The notes: generated by a model from the sequence alone, not told the origin. A DNA stretch of 59,395 nt from an uncultured Oscillospiraceae bacterium (GCA_964439755.1 CAYTPJ010000001.1:1-59395), one strand, 5' to 3'. Positions 43,986-53,780 are shown, counted from the first letter of the stretch. A program made the numbers and translations.

Positions 43986-44735
43986 TTAAAGCAATCCATT
44001 CATCATATCATCCATTTGATAAAGCCCATTTTCCTTGTTTAAAAGGAAGGAAGCAGCACGAAGGGCACCCAATGCAAAGATTGTTCTGCTCTGTGCATCG
44101 TGGGATAGTGTGATGACTTCTTGTTCACCTAAAAATTGCAGTTCATGTTTGCCTGGTACACTGCCACCACGGATGGCGTGCACGCCAATCTCTTTGTCTT
44201 TTCTTGGGCATTTGCCTAAAGGACGGCCAAACACTTCTGTGTTGTCATCTTCTTTGATGGCATCAAGGAGCATGAGCGCTGTGCCACTTGGAGCGTCTGC
44301 CTTATGCTTGTGGTGTGTTTCTACAATTTCAATGTCAAATTCAGGGAGCAACTGCTTTGCTTTTTTGGCGAGCATTTTGAGCACAAAAATGCCTGTGGAC
44401 ATGTTTGCACTTTTAAAAATAGGGATGTAATTTGCATATTCCTGAATCAATATTTCGTCTGCCTCTTGGTATCCAGTGGATGCAAGTACACATGGCAGAG
44501 CGTGCGCTTTTGCGTAAGATAAAATATCTTTTAAAAGTTCGGGGCGAGAAAAATCAATCAGCACATCTGCTTTTTCCTTTAATTGAGAAAAATCATTGCA
44601 CACATGCACATTTTGAAAATCTTGGTTTTTTATATCAATGCCTTCACGGACTATAAAGTCAAACTGTGCTGCTTCACGGATGATTTCTTGACCCATTCGC
44701 CCAAGTGCACCACAGAGCAATATATTTTTCATCAT
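43986..44735 (-). CDS. dapB: 4-hydroxy-tetrahydrodipicolinate reductase
   Basis: True start at MMKNILLCGALGRMGQ (ATG 44733-44735, ATGA overlap with the dapA stop). Motifs EIVETHHKHKADAPSGTA and IRGGSVPGKHEL are present. The 321-aa track ORF is an artefactual extension into dapA. Confidence 0.9.
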   Translation of the reverse strand: MMKNILLCGALGRMGQEIIREAAQFDFIVREGIDIKNQDFQNVHVCNDFSQLKEKADVLIDFSRPELLKDILSYAKAHALPCVLASTGYQEADEILIQEYANYIPIFKSANMSTGIFVLKMLAKKAKQLLPEFDIEIVETHHKHKADAPSGTALMLLDAIKEDDNTEVFGRPLGKCPRKDKEIGVHAIRGGSVPGKHELQFLGEQEVITLSHDAQSRTIFALGALRAASFLLNKENGLYQMDDMMNGLL

Positions 44736-45616
44736 ATAATTTCCAACCTCTTTAATTCGTTTTTGAGTTGATTTTCTAAAGAAACAGAAAGGGGAATGAG
44801 GGGCAAACGCAAATTGTTTTTGATGATGCCCATCAAAGACAAGGCGCATTTTACAGGAATGGGGTTGACGGCAGAAAAGAGTAAGCGAGTTAAGGGCATA
44901 TATTGTAATTGCAAAGACACGGCTTGTTGAATATCTCCTTTTTGCACGCACTCTGCCATAGAAGCAACTTCTTTTGGGAGCACGTTAGAAAGCACGCTGA
45001 TAAAGCCTTGTGCCCCCATTGTCATCATGGGTACGTTGATTTCGTCAGATCCTGAATATAGAGGCAATGTGCTTGCGCCGTGCAATATGTCGCATACAAA
45101 ACCCATGTCAGAAGAAGCTTCTTTTAAGCCTACAATCGAATGGATTTGACTTAAATTCTTAACCGTATCTAAGGAAAAAGTAAGCCCTGTTCGAGCAGGA
45201 ACATGGTATACAATCATGGGCAAAGACGTATGGTTTGCGATGTACTCATAGTGTTTTACAACGCCTTCTTGCGTGGTTTTGTTATAATAGGGAGATACAC
45301 AAAGTTGTGCATCAGCGCCCAAATCAGCAGCAAGATGCGCAGTTTCTACAACGTTTAATGTATTGTTGCCTCCTGTACCTGCAATAACAGGTATTCTTTT
45401 ATTTACTTTTTTTACAATGAAAGAGAGCACAGCTTTGTATTCATCTTGAGTCAACGTGCTGGGTTCGCCTGTTGTGCCCAAGGCAACGAGGGCTTGAATA
45501 CCGTTTTGAAGCTGGTAATCTAAAAGTGCGTCCAGTGCAGAATAATCTACTTTTCCATCATCATCCATGGGGGTGACGAGCGCAGTGGAAGCGCCTTTGA
45601 ATAAAAGATTGTTCAT
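44732..45616 (-). CDS. dapA: 4-hydroxy-tetrahydrodipicolinate synthase
   Basis: Motifs GASTALVTPM, GTTGEPSTLT and VYHVPARTG, plus a Lys-containing GLKEASSD motif. 294 aa. Confidence 0.93.
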   Translation of the reverse strand: MNNLLFKGASTALVTPMDDDGKVDYSALDALLDYQLQNGIQALVALGTTGEPSTLTQDEYKAVLSFIVKKVNKRIPVIAGTGGNNTLNVVETAHLAADLGADAQLCVSPYYNKTTQEGVVKHYEYIANHTSLPMIVYHVPARTGLTFSLDTVKNLSQIHSIVGLKEASSDMGFVCDILHGASTLPLYSGSDEINVPMMTMGAQGFISVLSNVLPKEVASMAECVQKGDIQQAVSLQLQYMPLTRLLFSAVNPIPVKCALSLMGIIKNNLRLPLIPLSVSLENQLKNELKRLEII

Positions 45617-45619
45617 GTG

Positions 45620-46714
45620 TTACACTCCTTTTTTTACAATATACCCTTGCTTTGCAAGCAATTCAGCAGACAACACACCACCGCCCGCTGCACCACGCAG
45701 TGTGTTGTGCGAAAGACAAACGAATTTATAGTCGAAAATGCTATCTTTACGCAAGCGACCCACTGTGATGCCCATGCCTTTTTCAAAATCTCTATCGAGC
45801 TTTGCTTGGGGGCGATTGTCCTCCTTAAAATACTTGATAAAGGGGGTGGGGGCACTGGGAAGGTCAAGCATTTGAGGCAGTGTGTTGTAATTTTCCCATG
45901 CTTCTAAAATAGAAGGAATGGAAGGTGTGTTTGTAAATTTAACGCTCACTGCTGCCGTGTGGCCATCCAACACAGGTACACGGAGGCATTGCGCACTGAT
46001 CACAGGGCTTGTAGCTTTTATGATGGCAGACTTTTCTTTATTTAAAGTACCCCAAATTTTAAGGGGTTCTTGTTCGCTTTTATCTTCTTCTCCACCAATA
46101 TATGGAATGACATTGTCAATGATTTCAGGCATTGTGTTGAAATTTTTCCCTGCGCCACTGATTGCCTGATAGGTGCAAACGGAAATTTGCTCAATGCCGT
46201 AGTGCAATAAGGGGGTGAGGGCAGGCACGTAGCTTTGAATAGAGCAATTGGGCTTTACAGCAATAAAGCCCACCTTTGTGTGCAGACGTTTTCTTTGTGC
46301 TAAAATCACTTCTGCATGGTCGTGGTTGATTTCAGGGATGAGCATGGGCACATCTTCAACCATGCGACATGCGCTGTTGTTGCTGATGACGGGTATTTCA
46401 TTTTTTGCATATGTTTCTTCTAAATTTCTTGTTTCTTCTTTGCTTGCATTGATGGCACAGAACACAAAGTCCACCATTTCAGAAGCCTTTTGTACATCGT
46501 TTGCATCCATCACAATCATGTTTTTGATGCTGTCATCCACTTGGCTTTCAAAAGCCCATCTGCCATTGAGCGCTTCTTCGTATGTTTTGCCAGCGCTGTT
46601 TTTGCTTGCCATAAGGGCAGTAATTTTAAACATAGGGTGGTTTTGTAATAACTGAACAAAGCGCTGACCTACCATGCCTGTTGCGCCAATAATGCCTACA
46701 CGATATTTTTCCAT
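45620..46714 (-). CDS. asd: aspartate-semialdehyde dehydrogenase
   Basis: Motifs VGIIGATGMVGQRF (NAD(P) fold), active-site PNCSI, and SGAGK. 364 aa. It lies 3 nt upstream of dapA. Confidence 0.93.
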   Translation of the reverse strand: MEKYRVGIIGATGMVGQRFVQLLQNHPMFKITALMASKNSAGKTYEEALNGRWAFESQVDDSIKNMIVMDANDVQKASEMVDFVFCAINASKEETRNLEETYAKNEIPVISNNSACRMVEDVPMLIPEINHDHAEVILAQRKRLHTKVGFIAVKPNCSIQSYVPALTPLLHYGIEQISVCTYQAISGAGKNFNTMPEIIDNVIPYIGGEEDKSEQEPLKIWGTLNKEKSAIIKATSPVISAQCLRVPVLDGHTAAVSVKFTNTPSIPSILEAWENYNTLPQMLDLPSAPTPFIKYFKEDNRPQAKLDRDFEKGMGITVGRLRKDSIFDYKFVCLSHNTLRGAAGGGVLSAELLAKQGYIVKKGV

Positions 46715-46754
46715 AATGATTAGTACTCCTTTTTATAAGAAAATTAGGTTAAAA

Positions 46755-47462
46755 TTAAAAGTGCATTCTTCTTTTCAGCTCATCTTTAAAGGGTGCATAT
46801 GCACTGATAAAAAAGAGCATGGCTGAAATAAAGAGAGAAGGGGCAGAAACAAAGAGCGACCATGAAAATTTAAAGGGTGTTTTTACATAAGCACAAATGA
46901 GATATTGAAGGAACACAGAGAGCAAAGCTATGCCTAAAAATATCATGCCCAATAAGGATAAAATGGATAATCTGTTTTTAGAAAAAAGTGTTGTAACGAG
47001 GAGCACCATGCCTGTTGCAAGCGTAAGCGCAGGGAATACAATGCTTAAAAACCATCCCGTAGAGCCTGAAATCTGTTCACACATAAATATATACAAAGAA
47101 AGAAGAATGTAGGACGAAAAGATGGTCATTCTATTCTTGTATTTTTTTACAAAAAAGGGCACACAAGAGCTGATAAAAAGCAATGTGAGTGCAGCAGAGG
47201 GATAAGCGCTCCATGTGATTTTGTTGTTTAAAATCAGATTGATTACAAGGCACAAAAGGGCAGGAAAGAGCATGGTGCATAAAAACAAAATGAGGAAAAA
47301 CCGTCTGTTGTTTTTAATTGTTTGCTCTTTTGTGTGGGGTTGAAACGCTTTGTCTGTTATTTTTCTGTTGGGTTCAAGAGGGTCAATAACGGGGCATTGA
47401 CAAAGAGGACAATGCTTTTCACCAGAATCGAGTTTGACACCACAGTGTACACAATACGCCAT
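46755..47462 (-). CDS. zinc-ribbon polytopic membrane protein (DUF6320-like)
   Basis: N-terminal CVHCGVKLDSGEKHCPLCQC zinc ribbon followed by about 6 TM helices. It lies 1 nt after the acyltransferase gene. Confidence 0.6.
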   Translation of the reverse strand: MAYCVHCGVKLDSGEKHCPLCQCPVIDPLEPNRKITDKAFQPHTKEQTIKNNRRFFLILFLCTMLFPALLCLVINLILNNKITWSAYPSAALTLLFISSCVPFFVKKYKNRMTIFSSYILLSLYIFMCEQISGSTGWFLSIVFPALTLATGMVLLVTTLFSKNRLSILSLLGMIFLGIALLSVFLQYLICAYVKTPFKFSWSLFVSAPSLFISAMLFFISAYAPFKDELKRRMHF

Positions 47463-47463
47463 T

Positions 47464-48738
47464 TTAAACCTCCTGATTGCTTTCTACTGTTATTTCTATG
47501 CCTTGCTTTACTAAAAATTGAAGCACAAGACGGGGCAATGTTTTTTCCACGATATTATCCGAAAAAATCAACATCAGTTCGTTTTTACAAGATGCCATGG
47601 CTGAAACACATAAAGGAGATAAGGGAGGCCCCAGCAATACTTCAAAACGCTGTATATAGTTTTCAGAGCCTGTGGGGAGCTTTACAGCGCCCAAGTTGGT
47701 AATGGTTGTAGAAGTGAGCCTGTCGCCAGCAGATAAAAAAATGCGATTGATGATAAAATTTTTAACAGGCAGAGGCACAAGGCGAATGAACATATTTTGT
47801 TCATCTTGCACATTGGCAGAAATGCCTGCACTGAGCAATTTCACATTGTTATGATATTGAAGATATGCTTTTGTAGTTTTTAATATTTCTTCAAATGTGT
47901 ATGTGCCAAGACGAGGGTCAATGGGCACATTGATGTAAGAAGAAAAATTACGCAAAGTGCGTGTGTTAAAATATTTTCTCATGTTGACAGGGATAGAAAT
48001 GCGAATGGGTGCCTTTTTCTTTTTGCTTTTTTCACACTCTTTGTACACGGCATAGAGCATAACACTTGCTATATACTCTGTAATGGTGGCATTGTATTTT
48101 TTTGCAAGCTTCATGATTTGGTCAACAGGCATAGAAGCTGCAACGATGTTTAAGGTGTGTGGGAGCATTTTAGTGCCTTTGATGTGATAGGCAGAAGACT
48201 CTTTTCTGGAAGCTCTGATTTTGGGCAAAGGCATGCGTTTAAAAGCATCTTCTGTTTCTATGTGCTTGGGAGAATCTTTTAAATCAAGTGCGCCTTGATT
48301 AAAGCTCACTTTGACGGACAGCAAGGTTAAATACTGACACACGAGTGTTTTTAGGAAAATAAGAGCGCCTGTACCATCTGTTAAAGCGTGGAACACTTCC
48401 ACATTGATTTTATGTTTTCCATAAAGCACACGCACTAGGTATGCGTTGTTTTGATTATAGTGGACGGGCATACATGGATGCCCAATGTCTTCTTGCACAA
48501 TCAATCTGTTTTCATTTTCTTCAAAATAATACCAAAAGAAGCCCCTTTTGATTTTTACTTTAAAAGAGGGAAAACGAGGGAGCACATCATCCACTGCTTT
48601 TTGGAGCACTTTAGGGTCTATTGCATCATATAAAAGCGCACTGACTCTAAATGTACTCGACCAACGTGCGTTGGAAATGGCAGGGTATAATTTGGCAGCA
48701 TTGTCAAGCTTAAACCAGCGTTTTTTCCTTTGTTCCAT
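47464..48738 (-). CDS. HxxxD-motif acyltransferase (condensation / alcohol-acetyltransferase-like superfamily)
   Basis: 424 aa. FHALTDGTG is the HxxxDG catalytic motif of the condensation/WS-DGAT/PapA5-like fold. The N-terminus reads WFKLDNAAKLYP. An extended -10 (TGgTATAAT) lies about 85 nt upstream. Confidence 0.6.
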   Translation of the reverse strand: MEQRKKRWFKLDNAAKLYPAISNARWSSTFRVSALLYDAIDPKVLQKAVDDVLPRFPSFKVKIKRGFFWYYFEENENRLIVQEDIGHPCMPVHYNQNNAYLVRVLYGKHKINVEVFHALTDGTGALIFLKTLVCQYLTLLSVKVSFNQGALDLKDSPKHIETEDAFKRMPLPKIRASRKESSAYHIKGTKMLPHTLNIVAASMPVDQIMKLAKKYNATITEYIASVMLYAVYKECEKSKKKKAPIRISIPVNMRKYFNTRTLRNFSSYINVPIDPRLGTYTFEEILKTTKAYLQYHNNVKLLSAGISANVQDEQNMFIRLVPLPVKNFIINRIFLSAGDRLTSTTITNLGAVKLPTGSENYIQRFEVLLGPPLSPLCVSAMASCKNELMLIFSDNIVEKTLPRLVLQFLVKQGIEITVESNQEV

Positions 48739-48853
48739 GGAGCGCCTCCCTTCTATTTTGTATAAAAACTTGCAAACAAATCAAAAGCGTTACTGCATTG
48801 TTTTTTTAAAAAACAACTTACACATTATACCATTTTAGCAGAAAAAAGGCAAA

Positions 48854-49300
48854 TTATTTTTTGCTATTCTTCTTTGAAAGGTCGTTCGTGTTGATGGTTT
48901 TTTTGTACACAACAAAGCGTTGATACAAAAATTCAGTAACGAAATTTAAAACCATGGTCACACCCAACACAATATACTCGTTGACACTTAAAGTTTTGGT
49001 GAAGTAATCGCCTAATATTGTGGTAATGGGCGTAAAAACAAGGTAATAAAGAAATACGAGCGACATGGCTTTTGGAATGTTTTCAACGGATTTAAAGGTG
49101 TATCGTCTATTGAAGGTAAAATTCCAAACAACGCTCAAAACCAGCGAAATCAAATAGCAAGGCCAATAGCTAAAGGCAGTGAAATTTTCAAGCAGGGCAA
49201 AAGAACCTATTTGAATAAGCCCTGCTGAAATGGAAAAGAAAGTAAACTTGAGCATTTGCCCAATATCAAATTTTTTTATTTGATTGTTTTGTTCACTCAT
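48854..49300 (-). CDS. GtrA family membrane protein
   Basis: About 148 aa with 4 TM segments, GtrA-like (FTFFSISAGLIQIGSFALL...NFTFNRRYTF). The start is set at the ATG at 49298-49300 after GGGGGAAAG, overlapping the glpK stop by 8 nt. Confidence 0.65.
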   Translation of the reverse strand: MSEQNNQIKKFDIGQMLKFTFFSISAGLIQIGSFALLENFTAFSYWPCYLISLVLSVVWNFTFNRRYTFKSVENIPKAMSLVFLYYLVFTPITTILGDYFTKTLSVNEYIVLGVTMVLNFVTEFLYQRFVVYKKTINTNDLSKKNSKK

Positions 49301-50789
49301 TGTCTTTCCCCCAATAAATGGCGGCACGCACTGCTCTGCGCCATCCTTTAATCAGCTTGGATCTTTGGTGTTCAGGCATTTTTTGAGAGAATGTGTTGCG
49401 TACATGCCACCCTTCTGCTGTTTCTTCAAGCGATTTAAAAATGCCGACAGAAAGCCCGGACATGAGTGCAACGCCCAAAGCAGTGGTTTCCAGCACGGCA
49501 GGGCAGAGCACGTCTGTGTTCATAATGTCTGCCTGAAATTGCATTAAGAATTTGTTTGCGCTCGCACCACCGTCTACACGCATTTGGGTGGGGTGTGCAT
49601 TGATATCATTGCTCATTGCGTTGAGCAAGTCTGCCGATTGATAGGCGATGGATTCGAGCGTTGCACGGATGAGCTGTTTGCGCCCTGTGCCTCGTGTAAG
49701 CCCTACGAGCATACCTCTTGCGTGCATATCCCAGTAGGGTGCGCCTAAGCCTGTAAAGGCAGGTACAAGGTATACATCGCTGTTGGAAGAAAGGGAAGAA
49801 GCAATGTTTTCTGTGTCCTTTGCTTGCTCCACCAATTTCATTTCATCTCTCAACCACTGTACAGCAGCGCCTCCAATAAACACACTGCCTTCCAAAGCAT
49901 AGGTGGGCTTTCCGTTGATGCGCCATGCCATGGTGGTGATTAAGTTGCTCTTTGAAAGGGTAAATGTGTCTCCTATGTTCATGAGCATAAAGCACCCTGT
50001 GCCATACGTGTTTTTCACCATGCCTTTTTTAAAGCACGCTTGCCCAAATAAAGCAGCGTGTTGGTCGCCTAAAATAGCAGATACAGGGATAGAAACACCC
50101 AAAATATCTTCGTTGAGCATACCGACAATGGAAGAAGAATCAACCACTTTGGGCAAACACGCTTTGGGCACGTTAAAAATACGCAACAGTGCATCATCCC
50201 AATTCTGCGTATGCAGGTTAAAAAGCATGGTACGAGCGGCATTTGTGGCATCTGTGACGTGGGGAGCGCCGTTGACCATGTGGTAGCACAAAAAGGAGTC
50301 TACTGTACCGAAACAGAGGTCGCCTTTGTTTGCTTTTTCCTGCAAATTTTGGTTTTCCAATATCCACTGAATTTTGCTTGCAGAAAAATAGGCATCGGGC
50401 ACAAGACCCGTTTTTTCTCTGATTTGTTCTTTTTGCTCTTTTGTGAGGTGGTCGATATAGTCAGAGGTGCGCCTGCATTGCCAAACGATGGCATTATACA
50501 CACACTTGCCTGTTTTTCTATCCCAAATGAGTGTGGTTTCACGTTGATTGGTGATGCCAATGGAGGCAATTTCTTCGGGAGAAATATCTGCTTTTCTAAT
50601 CACACTGCGCAATGCTTCAATTTGAGTGGACAAAATATCCTGTGGGTCATGCTCCACCCAACCGGGCTTTGGATAGTATTGCTTAAATTCAAACTGCGAG
50701 GAGGCAATCATTTGCCCTTCAAATGTGAAAATAACTGCACGTGAGCTTGTTGTGCCCTGATCTAAAGCAACGAGATATCGCTTGTTCAT
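49293..50789 (-). CDS. glpK: glycerol kinase
   Basis: The start is set at MNKRYLVALDQGTTSSR (ATG 50787-50789, after AAGGAGGG). FGGY motifs are present: GITNQRETT, GDQHAALFGQ, VDGGASAN. Confidence 0.95.
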   Translation of the reverse strand: MNKRYLVALDQGTTSSRAVIFTFEGQMIASSQFEFKQYYPKPGWVEHDPQDILSTQIEALRSVIRKADISPEEIASIGITNQRETTLIWDRKTGKCVYNAIVWQCRRTSDYIDHLTKEQKEQIREKTGLVPDAYFSASKIQWILENQNLQEKANKGDLCFGTVDSFLCYHMVNGAPHVTDATNAARTMLFNLHTQNWDDALLRIFNVPKACLPKVVDSSSIVGMLNEDILGVSIPVSAILGDQHAALFGQACFKKGMVKNTYGTGCFMLMNIGDTFTLSKSNLITTMAWRINGKPTYALEGSVFIGGAAVQWLRDEMKLVEQAKDTENIASSLSSNSDVYLVPAFTGLGAPYWDMHARGMLVGLTRGTGRKQLIRATLESIAYQSADLLNAMSNDINAHPTQMRVDGGASANKFLMQFQADIMNTDVLCPAVLETTALGVALMSGLSVGIFKSLEETAEGWHVRNTFSQKMPEHQRSKLIKGWRRAVRAAIYWGKDNE

Positions 50790-50807
50790 AGAGTACCCTC
50801 CTTTTTT

Positions 50808-50844
50808 TACAAAAATGCCTGCCCGCAAAAATACGAGCAGGCAT
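50808..50844 (-). terminator. terminator after the PQQ-propeller gene / in front of glpK
   Basis: 8-bp stem ATGCCTGC / GCAGGCAT (50815-50822 / 50837-50844), followed on the minus strand by TTTTGTAAAAAAA. Confidence 0.55.
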
Positions 50845-50859
50845 GAGCCAAACTATGGA

Positions 50860-53706
50860 TTATTGGAGTTTGATGCCGTACATGTAAGAGCCAGAACTGC
50901 TGGAAGTACCTACACACAAGATGTCTTTATAGACAGCAGGAGAACCTTGAATGGGTCCTTCTAAATCAAGTGTGGAAAGGTGCGCACCAGAGCGACCGTC
51001 CAACATGTGCAAAGTGCCGTCCATGTCCCCTTGAATGATCCAGGCATCGCCTGCATCGTTGTATACAGCAACGGGGGAGGAAATTGCTTCAGCGTCAAAT
51101 TCATATTGCCATTCAACAGAGCCATCTGCTTTATTCAAAGCGAGCATAACACTCTTATCATCCTCTGTTCTATTGACGGTAAAGATAACGAGGTTGTCAA
51201 TGGCATTTTCACCAATGACTGGGCTTGCTTTACAGCCAGACAGTTCATATCTGGAATCCTGTTTGCAGTAGATTTCATAAGTCCAGTCTTTTTCGCCTGT
51301 GATCGCATTGATACGTCTGATGGACACATCTTTCTTTTTCAAGCGATCATTGTTGGTGTTGCCTGTGTAGAGCCAAAGTGTGCCATCATCGTCAAAGTCA
51401 AGCGCAATGGTAGCGTCTGTGTTGTCACCCATATCATGCGCCCAAACTGTTTGCATGGTGTCTGTGTCCACACAACGAAGTGCACCGTAGCTGTCCACGA
51501 TGTATGCATATTTATCATACATGGCAACGCTGGATTCAATGCTTGTTTGTGTGTTGGAAGCCTCGTTTGCTTTGCTCTTTAAGTAAGTGATTTTAGGGCT
51601 TACAGTAAGAGATTTACCTTCCAAACTAAAGTTTGTGTTGAATTCTACCGTGTAGAGTAAGCCGTTTTCACCACCCAATACCATGGAATCAGAGTTCCAG
51701 AGCATGAGGGAAGTGCCGTCAAAAGCACCGTTGGAGCCGTATTGCTTTTGCTTGTCGTTGGCACGGCCGTTGATGAACATGAGCTTAGAAGAATCAATCA
51801 AGTTATACACATGATAGCCGATAGCTCCTGTTTTATTGGAAAGTTTAGAGATGCCTTGACCAAACCCGATCACAGGGCGCCCCATTGTGTCAACAGACAC
51901 ACTGCCCTTTAATGGGTAGCCAATTTCAAGGGGTTTGCGTGTTTCTTCGCCTGTGGTTAAGTCGAGGAAATGCACTTTGCCATCTTGTGCAGCAAAGATC
52001 ACTTCACGCAAGGCGGGCACGCTCTTTTTGTCGTCATTTATGTCCATCATTTCACGGACTTCTTTACTCCATTTGACGATGGCAGGTTGCCCTGTCCAGC
52101 CGAGGCCGTGTACAGAGCCACTCGAGGTTTTTAAAGAGCCTACTTCGCTTTGCCAAAGTACAGACATGTTGTCTTCTGCAATTTCAACTGTTCCAAAAGA
52201 AGCGTTTCTTCTAAAAGAGTCAGAACGGAAGGTCAACACGCCACCTTGCCAGTACATGTAATTGTCTGGGTTTACAGCAGCAATGGATTCTTCTCTTTGA
52301 TAATCGGACAATACCTTTGCACCAGTATATGTTGTGTCCGTTGTTTTTAATGAAGAATGTTCGCTCACAGCTTCTAATTTAGGCATGGGAGAAGGTGTGG
52401 GGTCAGGGACGGGTGTGGGCACAATGGTGGGTGGTGGTGTATTGGTAGGTGCAACAGTTGGTTTTTCTGTAGGTTCAGGTGTGTTTGTAGGTGCAACAGT
52501 GGGCTTTTTTGTAGGTTCAGGTGTGTTTGTAGGGGGCGCAGTGGGTTTTTCTGTCACCACGGGCGCATCTGTCGCAGGTTTTTCTGTCACCACAGGCGCC
52601 ACCAAAAGTGCAGGGTCTTCCGTTGGCTTTGGTGTGTTGGTCGGTGGTACAGTGGTGGGTGCAGGCGTGTTCGTAATTTCAGGCGTTACAGTGGGGGTGG
52701 GCGTGGGGGCTACAACATTCATGGAAAGGAATTTTCCAGATGTAATCCACGCATCTCCTTGTTTGAGTTCAGGGTAAACATTGCCAGTGTAAGGCTTGTC
52801 AAACAATACTGTGATTTCCCACAGTCTGTTTGTTTCTTCTGCACTATTTGTTTTCACAGTGCCTACAATTTCTTCTCCGTTTTCGTCAATCAGACGCACA
52901 GCAAGTGCATTTCTCGTGCTGGTTAATTGGAAAACGTACTGGGAACCTGTTGTGCCTGATGTTTTCGTTGTTTCAAAAGACAACACTTGCGCAGGTTCGG
53001 GTGTAGGGTTTATAAACCCAGAAATGCTTGATTTGATGTTGTTTAAGGAGCCGATGAACCCTGTGTCGCCTGGAGGCAATAAGAAGTATACACCAACAAG
53101 CAAAATAACGAGTACAAGAAGTGTTAATAAGATGATCTTTAAGAGGTTGGGACGTTCTTCTTCATAATACTCATCATCATCATATTGCACATCATCATCT
53201 AATTTTTGGATGTTTTTCTTGTACATAGGCATGTCTTTTTTATTGATGGGGGGATTTACAGCAGGGGGACGGCGGTTTGCGTAGGGACGTTCGTCCTTTT
53301 CGGCATTGACTGGGAGAGAAACACGAGGTTGTTCCAAAGGCGCAGGCTCTCTTTTTTGAGGGGGCACATTGCCTTGGTAGGTGGGGCGAGCCTGTTGACG
53401 TACTGTCTGTTGATAGCCCGTCTGAGTCATTTTTGTAAATACATCTGTGCTCTGTGGGGGGCGCTGCAAAGAACGGCGACGCTGTTCCTCCACATTCACA
53501 TGATTATAAACAGGCGCAGAGGGATTGCTCTTTGCTTCGTCAAATGTAGGCATGGGCGCATCCATCACAGGCGCATTTTTAAATACGTCTTCTTCAATGA
53601 TGGGGTTTTGTTCGTTTTCAATAGGGTTTTCCCTGTGCCTATCCATACGGCGATGACGTGTTTTGGGTAAAGCACTGTCTTTTTGATTGTTGTTAAAATC
53701 ACTCAA
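50860..53706 (-). CDS. single-pass membrane protein: disordered cytoplasmic N-terminus, Pro/Thr-rich linker, extracellular PQQ-like beta-propeller
   Basis: The start is reassigned to the TTG at 53704-53706, 7 nt after AAGGAGG. The track start at 53733 would lie only about 8 nt from the predicted transcription start. TM segment LLKIILLTLLVLVILLVGVYFLL. PT-rich repeats are present. The C-terminal half has PQQ/BamB-like blades (WAHDMG, EWQYEF, etc.). Confidence 0.8.
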   Translation of the reverse strand: MSDFNNNQKDSALPKTRHRRMDRHRENPIENEQNPIIEEDVFKNAPVMDAPMPTFDEAKSNPSAPVYNHVNVEEQRRRSLQRPPQSTDVFTKMTQTGYQQTVRQQARPTYQGNVPPQKREPAPLEQPRVSLPVNAEKDERPYANRRPPAVNPPINKKDMPMYKKNIQKLDDDVQYDDDEYYEEERPNLLKIILLTLLVLVILLVGVYFLLPPGDTGFIGSLNNIKSSISGFINPTPEPAQVLSFETTKTSGTTGSQYVFQLTSTRNALAVRLIDENGEEIVGTVKTNSAEETNRLWEITVLFDKPYTGNVYPELKQGDAWITSGKFLSMNVVAPTPTPTVTPEITNTPAPTTVPPTNTPKPTEDPALLVAPVVTEKPATDAPVVTEKPTAPPTNTPEPTKKPTVAPTNTPEPTEKPTVAPTNTPPPTIVPTPVPDPTPSPMPKLEAVSEHSSLKTTDTTYTGAKVLSDYQREESIAAVNPDNYMYWQGGVLTFRSDSFRRNASFGTVEIAEDNMSVLWQSEVGSLKTSSGSVHGLGWTGQPAIVKWSKEVREMMDINDDKKSVPALREVIFAAQDGKVHFLDLTTGEETRKPLEIGYPLKGSVSVDTMGRPVIGFGQGISKLSNKTGAIGYHVYNLIDSSKLMFINGRANDKQKQYGSNGAFDGTSLMLWNSDSMVLGGENGLLYTVEFNTNFSLEGKSLTVSPKITYLKSKANEASNTQTSIESSVAMYDKYAYIVDSYGALRCVDTDTMQTVWAHDMGDNTDATIALDFDDDGTLWLYTGNTNNDRLKKKDVSIRRINAITGEKDWTYEIYCKQDSRYELSGCKASPVIGENAIDNLVIFTVNRTEDDKSVMLALNKADGSVEWQYEFDAEAISSPVAVYNDAGDAWIIQGDMDGTLHMLDGRSGAHLSTLDLEGPIQGSPAVYKDILCVGTSSSSGSYMYGIKLQ
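52447..52610. repeat. in-frame tandem repeats encoding the Pro/Thr-rich linker
   Basis: Two 42-nt units (52447-52488 and 52489-52530) that differ at only a few positions, plus a partial third. They encode PTNTPEPT(K/E)KPTVA. Two units of about 33 nt encoding APVVTEKP(A/T) follow. Confidence 0.85.
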
Positions 53707-53747
53707 AGTTTGTACCTCCTTGTGTCTGGACAAAAATATCCACTTAC

Positions 53748-53776
53748 ATTATACCAAAACATTGATATTTTTTCAA
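53748..53776 (-). promoter_or_regulatory. sigma-A-type promoter of the PQQ-propeller gene
   Basis: On the minus strand: TTGAAA (53771-53776), a 17-nt spacer, then TGgTATAAT (TATAAT at 53748-53753). Confidence 0.65.
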
Positions 53777-53780
53777 GTGG

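Noticed and set aside
43986-44951. 321-aa version of dapB
   Set aside because: The extra 72 N-terminal codons lie entirely inside dapA in another frame. The conserved DapB N-terminus MMKNILLCGALGRMG starts at 44735 with an ATGA overlap.
46715-46754. Lysine (L-box) riboswitch upstream of asd-dapA-dapB
   Set aside because: The gap is only 40 nt, far too short for an L-box of about 180 nt.
52334-52777. 147-aa Gly/Val-rich ORF on the plus strand
   Set aside because: It is the antisense shadow of the Pro/Thr-rich repeat region of the 50860-53706 gene (GGT/GTG complements ACC/CAC codons). It has no SD.
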